A DNA stretch of 29,319 nucleotides from Vezdaea acicularis (taxonomy: Eukaryota). Every line of letters begins with the position of its first letter. Position 1 is the stretch's first letter. A model generated the notes under the pieces. That model worked only from the letters and a program-made list of their open reading frames with translations, did not search any database and was not told where the DNA came from. This document shows positions 1-9,500 of this stretch, piece after piece. Made by a program: the position numbers and the translations under genes. The DNA lies in assembly GCA_026025075.1 (NCBI GenBank), contig JAPEUI010000071.1:62001-91319 (forward strand), in the 5' to 3' direction.

Positions 1-296
1 ATTTAGGACCTGGCTTGACCGACAGCTCTGCGGAACCGAGCGATGAGTTGGATATCAAATCTGGGTTTCTCAGATTGACTTAATACCCACTTGCGTAGCT
101 CCATAGGCACCACTGACGGGAATAGACTTTATACTAAGATACCGCTATCGTTGTATCTCTAAGAAAAGGATTCAAGCTCGTATAGCGAAAGCTATTCTCA
201 TCAGGTCATGCAAACCTCATCCACAACCAGCCATCCTTCCCTTACAATATGTTCGGATCACGATAATCAATATGATCATCAAATAAGGTATTTAAG

Positions 297-1475
297 CTAA
301 GCCCATTTACCTAGGAGGGCCATCAAACCAGCACCCAAGCACATAATACCGAAAGCTGTCAAAACATGCTGCAAACTCGCCTTCCGCATCGATTGGCTAA
401 ACATAAATTCATGCGCCAAGAGCTCGACTAGCCCTGTATAAATCAAGATTCCTGCGCTGATCGAGTCAAAGATGCCGTTCACAATCAAAGCAGTCGCCGA
501 TCCGGGCAAGTAGGACTGTCGAAGGCCAAGCCCTATAGCGATAGAGATCGGTGTCGAAAGACCATAGGATACAGCCATGATATAGGGCGTCCATCGCTTT
601 CTTTGAGGCCAGGGAACGACAGCGAGACGCGAGCCCAGACCGAGGCCTTCAAATGTCTGGTGGAAAACTAGAACCACGTAGAGAGTGGTGAACTCGGCTC
701 CCGACACTGCAAGTGTTAGGCCGACAAAGATGGAATGGAATATCACGCCAAATTCAAGGATGAAGATGGCCGTGAGCTGAGCACTGTAGGTCTCCACACC
801 AATATGGTCATCATGCGGTCCTTGAAATTCAGCGTCGACATGCTCTCGTGCATGGCCAAGGTGATTATCGCCAGGAACGTTCGAGGTATCCCGTGGAGTA
901 ATGTGTTTGGCTTGTTTATCTTGAGCTTCCACTTCTCGAACAGAGTCATCATCTGGATGTGCAAAGATAGCGAAACGCATGGCCATGAGTTCGACAAAGA
1001 ACAAGGCGAATATGGCCATAAGACATATCCCGTTCACCCAGTCATACTCAGTTATGGGCCCAGTAAGACACGGATTGCGGAGGGCATCGTTGGCTGGTGA
1101 CAGTAGCTTTGAGTAAAACGTCAGCAAGGTTTGCTACAAATATTTCCCGAACTCATACTAACATGGATGAATGCAGTTGCGATGATAACGCCGGATCCGA
1201 AGTACTTGGCGACGAAGAACGCCCATTCTGGTACACCGACTCTCTTGTGTCTGTATGCAAAGACAGGGAATACAGCCCCTATTTTTGTGAGCATCGGACC
1301 TGTTTCTTTGAGAGGGGCACCTGAACTTACCAATCGTGGACCCTAGCAGGATCACAAAGAGTGCCGAAACTCTTAAACCAATCCTTCCGTCAAAGTCATT
1401 TCCAGTTTGACACACAGGCACTTGGTCCGTTGCATCTCGAGTAAAGACAGTGACAGTCTGCAGGAGCTGCAACAT
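297..1475 (-). CDS. zrt2: ZIP-family plasma-membrane zinc transporter (Zrt2/ZrfB-like), ~356 aa; exons 1475-1331, 1278-1163, 1106-297
   Basis: Motifs KYFGSGVIIATAFIH, His-containing loop (HLGHAREH), LEFGVIFHSIFVGL, FHQTFEGLGLGSRL and C-terminal LGKWA. Two GT-AG introns (52 and 56 nt) join three ORF pieces in frame. Confidence 0.93.
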
Positions 1476-1933
1476 TATACCTTTTGAACCAAGTCTTAGC
1501 TGAGTGAAAGAGCGGATATTCTCGAGCCGGGAGCTGGTCTATGGGAACTCCGAGAGATCTTGGACGGGCCTCTGGGGAGGATGGAGATGTGATATAGTCC
1601 ACCGCTTAAACGGACGTCCAATGTATCAATGCTATCATAGCCCGTCGTTGATAGTGACCTCCACTTGCGTTTCACCGCATACGAACGAGGTAACGCAATG
1701 CACTGGCCGGCGAAAACTCAAGCAAGATATTCTAAGACGGAAATGGAACGCGGAAAAAGAACACAACCGGAACGCTTCCCGCACGCTTACATGGCCCAGT
1801 AATCTGATCAGCTAACACTTGTGGCTCGTGCGTCGGTCGTTCGTTGCCGACGTTCCGCCGTTTGGCGTTGAGTCCCTTGTTGGATACTTTTTCTGCCGCA
1901 AGAGAGTACGTCACCGTCACCGGCTGCACCGGT

Positions 1934-1969
1934 CAAGGTATGCATGTAACCCTACTTGGATTCACCCTG
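1934..1969. promoter_or_regulatory. Two candidate ZafA/Zap1-type zinc-response cores (CARGGT), in inverted orientation, upstream of the ZIP gene
   Basis: CAAGGT at 1934-1939 (+) and CAGGGT at 1969-1964 (-), 460-490 bp upstream of the ZIP ATG. The 6-bp core matches the Aspergillus ZafA element; the flanks match only partly. Confidence 0.35.
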
Positions 1970-2100
1970 AAGACGAAGGGAAATTGGCATTTGTAATTCC
2001 GCTTTGGAACAAATCTCATAAGTTGAGTCCAATCGAGTCGATATAGTGTGGGGTAGCACAAAATTGTGCTTCAGATCGGCTCGTGCTTGCTATTGGTGGG

Positions 2101-2353
2101 CACGCGAGTAGCAAAAAAGTTGTCACACCAAAATTGAATATGCCGGCGCCAGCGCTCAAACTTCGTGAGATTGAGTGTAAAATCGCACAACTGATACGGT
2201 AAACGTACAACCCCTATGTTCACAAGATACTCGATAATTGTCACAGGTATGCAGGCTTTTTGACCAGCTGTATTAGCATCTACATTTTCATGGATTGGGC
2301 ACAAATCACACCAGGGAAAATTTTGGTGTGACAACTTTTTTGCTACTCGCGTG
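2101..2353. mobile_element. 253-bp non-autonomous DNA transposon (MITE) with perfect 35-bp TIRs and 5-bp TSD GTGGG
   Basis: Left TIR CACGCGAGTAGCAAAAAAGTTGTCACACCAAAATT (2101-2135) is the exact reverse complement of 2319-2353. GTGGG lies directly on both sides (2096-2100 and 2354-2358). No transposase ORF inside. Confidence 0.88.
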
Positions 2354-3085
2354 GTGGGGTAGGCTTCGGATCCGTCAATTGTAGCGAGGAACCCAGGTCA
2401 ACAACCTACAGTATCTGTGCGACACGGCGCCTAACCAAGTAGAATGGTTCAAGCCTCAATTTGACGATTCGTTCTTCTTCAGATGATAGCATACTAAGTT
2501 CACGCAAGATTTGAGAACGTAGATATCAGTTAAACGACGTGACGGCAAGAACGACTCCATCTTGCTACAGTAGCAGGTCAAGAGACCGAGTGACAAGGGA
2601 GACGGTAACACTTACTCGGGTGTCTATGAGCTGCAACCCAGGTGGCACAGACACATCTCAGAAGGTCAGAAGGTTTGCCGGGAAATCTTCACATAACCGA
2701 TGCAAGTAATAAGCAAATCCGTCTCCAAGAGGTCCTTGAGTCTCATCTATCTGGTGCAGATTATGATTCATTGCATCTAAGGGGGATAATTCACCACAAA
2801 TTTCGGATGAGGCAAGCGCCACCACGTTCGTTGTTATCCGGCTTCGTTACGGAACTCATCCCATAGATATACTACAAATAACCTTATCTCATAGTAATGA
2901 CTAACTTGAAATTCTGCACCATGTCTGTGGAGGCTGGCTCGAAGGCTCCTCAAGCCAAAGCTAAAGCGGCCCGTACTGCGCTGCATAATAGTCAAGACGT
3001 TGATGACAATCTTTATAGAATGCAATATAACTGCCCGTAATATTGAACAGCTTTGCCAGCCCAGAAGGTATAGTACTGGGAACTA

Positions 3086-3773
3086 TCACCAACGTTGCTG
3101 TATATGTATGTCTCCAGTAGCTGCTCTGACTTTTTGCTTCGCCGACTCAATGTCAGACTCCGCTATTATCCGCTCGTGAATTGCGATGCGTCCTTCTAGT
3201 GCCCCTCGTCGTGCAGCGGGGTCACTAACATGATTGTTAGATTCTTCCTCTTTGTCCGGAGCTCGTCTATTTTCAACTGCCCTCCAGACCATACGTTCGC
3301 CATTCGGCAAGATCACTTTGTAATGGGTACTCTATCCACCTTCCTTTCCCCCGCCTTTGAACTTCTCTATCCGCACTTCGTTTTCTGCTGCGTGAATGCT
3401 GGCTTGGACCGTTGGCGAGGTCACGTTCTGACTCGTAAACGTGGCCTGCGTTTCCCCCAAAGCAGCCGCGACCCTTTGGTGATTTATGTAATCATATACG
3501 AAGCTGTCCAGGACGCCTTTTGCGTTAGTGGTTATATATACTATTAGGCCGATATTCGCATATGACTCCAGAGAGCTTGCCCCTTTGAATTAACTTTCTT
3601 GGACACCTCACTATATGAAAAGAATCGCTTGTATCTATGGGCGATGAAGGATCACCTATAATTGTTGTTATTCTCAATGAGTAGCCTTATTTACTGGTTG
3701 TACCAGTTTGAGTGCGAGCTGTTGCTATTGCAACTAGTAGGTATCCTACCAATGAAAGTAAGGACCACTGCAT
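3086..3773 (-). pseudogene. Probable decayed gene for a secreted protein; exons 3773-3704, 3655-3581, 3516-3086, with in-frame TAG at 3334-3332
   Basis: Signal-peptide-like start MQWSLLSLVGYLLVAIATA. A 48-nt GT-AG intron and a 64-nt GC-AG intron (GCAAGC...ACTAAC...AAG) keep the frame. The frame continues through one TAG into the 76-aa ORF 3316-3086. More splice-like signals down to ~2.5 kb suggest it may extend further. Confidence 0.35.
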
Positions 3774-4143
3774 ATACGTGCTCCAGTTTGAGAACTGGCT
3801 TCCCCTAGAAGGAGAGCTATTCAGGTGAAAAGAGGGCATAGTAGGGCATCTTATGACTTGATACATAACGCAAGGTGAATGCTTCTTTGTCTTTTGGTGG
3901 CGACCAAAGGGCAACAATTGCCAGCAAGGTGAATCGAGACAAGAAAATTGCCATATTCTGAACCAGGCATGCGAACGAGGCCATATTTCATTTCTCTAAC
4001 CATTAATGTACACCCTAGCTATTTAATATTGCAGTACTGTGGAAGGTGAGAAGAACATCGCCAGGCCATTTTCTCTGCTTGCGGCCAGATGTCTGACTCG
4101 CCACGAATGGGAGTTTGCAATGAGCTGTGACATTGTCTTTCTT

Positions 4144-5605
4144 CTAGACGCCTCGAGTGACCCTTTCAATCCGCAATTTATCTAGCAATTCTTGTAGGCT
4201 GTGACCTTCAATCTTAAGTGCTAGATCTTGCAGCCTAAAAAAAGTTGGTCCTGCCTCATATGTACGGATCTCCGGCATCGTCAAAATCGTTGCTTCGATG
4301 CGCGCCAACACTCTCTCATACGTTCGCGATTCCTTGCTCTCGAATTTGCAGATTTCGAGATGGTCCCCTGGAAGACCAATGACGCGCTCGCGGCGCTGAC
4401 CGAGGATAGCTGAACCTTCGTCAACGACCTAGAAGCATGGATAGTTAATTTGAGAGCTTACGGTCTGAGAGACGATAGTAATAAGCCATGATGCATTTTC
4501 TATGGGAATAGATACCCACAAGAAGATAGACGATAAGTACTATCACTTGCCTGGTAGAAGACCTGAGATATGAGGAGTGGAAGTAATGGGAGAAGTGAAG
4601 CATCACTTTTCCTAGCACATGGCGCATTGGGTGGGCCGCTACGACAACAAGGAGGGGTAGCGCCGGATACAAGAAAATAGTGCGTTTCTAGGAAACGTGA
4701 CGGACCTTTACGCCATAGAGGGCCTTTTCTTCGTAAAATGTGGTAATTTCAAAGTCTGGTGCGATCTCTGAGAAGATTCTAGTCAGGTCTTTGAGAGGAT
4801 TTGACCATCTCTGAAGCTCATCCGTGGAGGTAGAGGCGGTCATGCCTAACACGCGCGACAATTTACTAAGATGGCCGCCCCAAACAGCCGTGTCGGAGCC
4901 TTGGTGAGGAGTACCAAAAAATATGATTGCACGCGTGGAGTCCAAGATGCTTCCATATAATGCACGACGGGCTCCTGCATGACAAAGGGCACTCTTAATG
5001 ACAATACCGCCCATCGAGTGCCCAATGAAAAGAATCGGGCGAGCAGTTTCTGAAGATCGGATCCTACTATCCGAAAGATCACTCAAAAGGCTCTCGGCAA
5101 AGGTGAATGTTCTGCCTGAAGTTGATCTAGATACCGGATTCAAGAACGCTTTCGCATCGTATCCGAATGTCATAACACGTGCCTTCGCACAAACATCGGA
5201 GTCGCATAGGAAGTCTCGAAGCCAGAGGGGCCCGTTTTTACCATTGTACTGCCATGCTGTTATGCGTCAGGAAGCATACAAAGACGTTAAGATATCAACA
5301 AAGTACATGAGAAAGAGTCTTAGATGGGAATTAGCCTCAATAATGATTTTACGGATAGGTACAAGGTTACCTCCTCCAAGTCCATGTACTGCGACGATGC
5401 TACTGACTATCAATATGGACTTAAGATATAGAGATATCTATGTAACATACTCGATGTTTGGATCTTTGGGATCATGAAGTTTATGGAGGCCTAGTGTGTC
5501 TGCCTAAATTCATCACCGCACTATGTCAGCTATGAGATCTTCGGGCTCGTTCTGATCGCCAGTCCTTTTATCTTGATTTGAGTTGGCCTTCGACTAACCA
5601 GGCAT
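4144..5605 (-). CDS. Stand-alone SesB/DUF676/SERAC1-like alpha/beta-hydrolase (putative lipase), ~307 aa; exons 5605-5599 (start uncertain), 5490-5451, 5399-5371, 5318-5307, 5256-4706, 4428-4144
   Basis: Spliced product reads DIVAVHGLGGDSFSSW...WLRDFL...RVMTFGYD...LFIGHSMGGIVIKSAL...IIFFGTPHQGS...FYEE...VVDEGSA...DHLEICKF. These are the typical motifs of the fungal NLR-associated SesB-like hydrolase. All introns are GT-AG and in phase. Confidence 0.85.
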
Positions 5606-6536
5606 GAGTTGGTCGCGATATTTTTGTCGAGTGCGAAGTGGAAGAACATAAGACGTTCACATGTTCATCTATGGCTAGAAAAGGTCCACTCCACCAACAT
5701 CCACACTAAGATGCGAGTCAATTGGAATCCCTCGCCATGAAGATAACTAGGTCAGATATCTGGGTTGGTCCTTCGCAGTGCTGCGCGTGTTCACCAGGGG
5801 GGTTATTCAGCGAAACGAAGAATTTTGGTCCAGTCCAATCAATACCCTTCAGATTGGCTTCGTCTTTGTGAATTGGCATATCAGTGCTTCGAGGAAGAAA
5901 ACTCGATCTAAGTTCTTGGCTTATACTCATGAATGATGCCCAGCATCATTAATCAATCGAGTCCAATTCTTCAAGCAAAGTGTGCGTACTCCGACAAGCT
6001 CCTTGACTGCGGCTCGTATGGTACAAAGTACATGGTAATCGTATCATCGTCGAGCAATAGTCTGAACAAGATAGGGAGATCCAGGGAAGCACTGCTTGAA
6101 TGTACACATCGAAGGCCATCAAGACAAAGCCTAGGTAAATTGATACACTTACTGGTATGTCAAGTGAGGACGATTCTGTCATTTTCAAGGAAAGCGACCT
6201 CCGTGTCAGACGAATGATAGACAACAATCACGAGTAAACTGCGGTTTTCTCCTCACAAAAGGAGCGTAAGAGAGGCAGATCTCGTTGGAGTTTCGTTCTT
6301 TTGTTGTATGAGGTTGCCCTGATATCCCTGCAGCCTCGTCTTAACAGACCTTCTCGCTCATTGGCTGGATATCCGCCCGATCCTTGCTCCATCAGGATAC
6401 AGTCGCGGCGGCACCCTCAATATGCGACAGCTGTATTTGATGTCCAGCCCCGAATGGCTAAGTCTCTCAAATAGAGAGATGCAATCGTTGATAGACCACT
6501 GTCTCGTCACGGTGGCGCGTCCCGCGACAATGAGAG

Positions 6537-9500
6537 ATGCAGGATTCCGAGAGCTTGACCACATCTTGTTCCTTTCCTCTCCAAACAGCGACCCCGATTG
6601 ACCTTAAGATAGGCTTTGAGTAAGGACTAGTGGCTAAAACGGAAAATCGTGGAGGGTTGCTGACAATTCTTAGTTCTGCCAGTGGAGACTCTCTCGCATT
6701 GACTCGAATCCCGCGGTGTCAAGATGGTCGCGGAGAGCCTGATCTCTTGCTGTTCGCAGTCCACGGATTTGCGGGAGGATCCATGTCCACTTGGAGGACG
6801 GATCATGGAGTCTCTCTTCTCACTGATCTACTGCCTAAGGACTTCCCCAGTCTATCCATACTCACGTTTGGTTACGATCTCAACGCTGCATACGACGATA
6901 CCTTACTGATGAACTCTCATGACACACGTCGACCTAAAACATTCGCTGAGCAGTTGTGCAGCGATCTTTCAGATGCCAATTTAAAGGGGCTACCTATTGT
7001 GTTTCTATGCCATGGCATAGGGGGTATTATCGTGAAGAGTGCTTTGACCTACTCCCGACTTAGGCACAAGGCATATGGGGAGATTCTCGACAGAACGGTT
7101 CACGTCATCTTCATGGACACTCCCCATCAAGGCTTTGATGGTGAGTGTTGGGAGGCACTTTCTGGGAATAAGCTGAAGGCAACATGGCTGGCAGACTTTT
7201 CGGCGACCTCTAACTATCTCTCGGAACTCAACCGGTCATTTGCAGAGATTGGTAGATCGTTGCAGTGCACCTCTTTTTATGCGAGCGACCCTGTGATTAC
7301 CGAAAGGGGGAGATTTCGAGTTGTTGAGTCATCCAGCAACCTGGGCATTACGTATGAGAGATCTGTCATGCTCGATAACACGGATCACATCTCAATCTCC
7401 AAGTTCCCAAATGCAACAGATTCAGGATACGTAAGACTTAAGAGTCGCCTTGACTGGATCCGGACGCAGACACAACAAGTCTTGTCTAATAGATCATACC
7501 AAACGCTCGCTCTGGGCCCGCTTGAAGAGAATTCTCAGACAATTATTAAGAAGAACACAAAATTTGACAAGCACGAGTACTCAACTGCTATTGAGATTTT
7601 ATCTACCGAAGAGAGACGTTGGGCTATCAAAGACTGGATATCCACTCATCGCGAGCGACAAACTCGATCCTACTACAATGCGATGAGACAGGAAAACACG
7701 GCTACATGGATTATGAACAAACCTTTGTTCAAACAATGGGTACACGGTGGTAATCCTTCAGCACTTCTATGCGTCGGCAATGTTGGGACTGGCAAAAGCG
7801 TTCTCACTTCGCATGTTATTGATTGGATCGAGCAGCAAACACGCTCAGCCAGTGCTATGGCTGGCGCAGCGGTCCTGTATTTCTTCTGTAACCATTTCGA
7901 AAAGGCTTCCTTGAAATCGCTCACTCTCATCGCCTGTCTGGTTAAACAGATGCTTCTCTATTATGATGCCATTTCGAGACCCTATCCGCCAGATATACTT
8001 GAGGGATTCAAGCGACGCCCTTCTCGAATCAGCGACGGAATCGACGAATCGCAAGCTGTGTATTATTTACACTCCATACTCGCCAACAACCAACAGACCC
8101 TGTGCATAATTGACGGTCTAGATGAATGCGATCCTTTGCATCGAAAGAGAATCCTTAAATGTTTGCAAGGCGCATTAGAAAACGCCACAGACACAAATAG
8201 TTTCAAACTCTACATGAGCAGCCGCGAAGAGCATGACATTCTACAGTCCATAGACAGCTGTCAAACAATTCAGTGCTCTTTCAGCGATGTTGTTCATGAT
8301 ATTAGAAACTACGTGGAACGAGCTGTGCAGGATATAATTGTGAAAAAGAGACGCACAGAGGATGCGAAACTTGTACAGCAGATTAAAAGTACGCTTGTTG
8401 AAAAGTCACAGGGGATGTAAGTGTCCCGCTTCAGCTTTGTTTTGATTCAACTAAGATTTTAGGTTTCTCTGGGCAAGCCTTCAAGTAGAAGCGATTAGCG
8501 AGGAGTGCAACAACGATAGGGAGATTCTTTACGCGCTGGAACATCTACCTAAAGATCTCGATGAGACTTATGAGCGTTGTTTGCAACGCATTGCGCGACG
8601 AAAGGCCGATCCAAAGCTTGCTCTAAAGATACTGAAATGGGTTTGTTGTGCGAAGCGTCCGCTTCATATAGACGAATTGAAAGAAGCTGTTGCTTTTGAC
8701 CTCAACGATGTTCGGTGGGACATTAAGAAAGTACCCCGTAGTACTGACTTACTTCTAGGCTCTTGCGGTAGTCTTATCGTCTTGGATGCTCTGGATGAAA
8801 CAGTCCGTTTTGCTCATCATAGCGTTGAGCAGTTTCTGAGCAATAAAGAGCACTTCCATTCCGGGGGCGCAAATAGGATGTTCTTCATTGACCTAGACGC
8901 AGCAGAGGTGGAGATTGGTGAAATATGTGTTACATACCTGTCGTTTCAGGAGATCGAGCGTCACCTTTCTAAGCCACCTCAGACAAGCGTCTCCCTTGCT
9001 GTACCGCCTCTTATGAAATTTCTCGACCCATTGGCAGCGTCGCTTGAATACCGTTATCCGTTAGGCGCCATCGCCTCTTTAAGCCGCCGTAATTTCACGA
9101 GTCCTAAGATCTTCCTGCCTCGCCCGGTCAATGTCAACATCATATCGGGCACGTACCGGCTTCTTGACTATACGGCTAAGTCCTTGCATTGGCTATCCCA
9201 CACAAGGAGATTGGATACGCGCTCATTGGCTTGGTCCAAATTCGCACATGTGGCTACCAACGAGATTGTGTTTCATGCCATCCACCCCTGGAAATCGGAT
9301 AAAAGCTCAAAGCTACCCTTCTGGAAAGGAATGCTTCGGTGGGCTCTCGAAAATCGACATCTACCTCTTTTCCACTTGCTTCTTGAAACGGGACAACAAA
9401 CCCTCAAATTTATTCCAGACCTTCTGCAAACGGCATTTGGAGACGAACATCTGCCGCTTCAAATCGCAGCAAAATCTGGATTTGAGGACGCCGTCGAGGC

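Noticed and set aside
3773..3934. Pra1/Aspf2 zincophore next to the ZIP transporter
   Set aside because: The reconstructed secreted protein lacks the Pra1-type His/Cys motifs, and the transporter looks Zrt2/ZrfB-like rather than ZrfC-like.
4462..4464. Possible 3-nt microexon (CAG|ACC|GTAAGC on the - strand) in the hydrolase intron
   Set aside because: It would leave a 33-nt downstream intron, shorter than any other intron in the window (minimum 46 nt).
4998..5477. Antisense and alternative-frame ORFs (e.g. 735-1100, 4998-5477, 10980-11336, 13072-13329, 15414-15854)
   Set aside because: They are shadows of well-supported genes on the opposite strand, with no independent motifs.
6537..6720. 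Amyloid signalling motif at the NLR N-terminus or the hydrolase C-terminus
   Set aside because: Neither MQDSESLTTSCSFPLQTATPIDLKIGFDSASG nor ...LQDLALKIEGHSLQELLDKLRIERVTRGV has the G/N/Q-rich pattern of HRAM, sigma or PP motifs.
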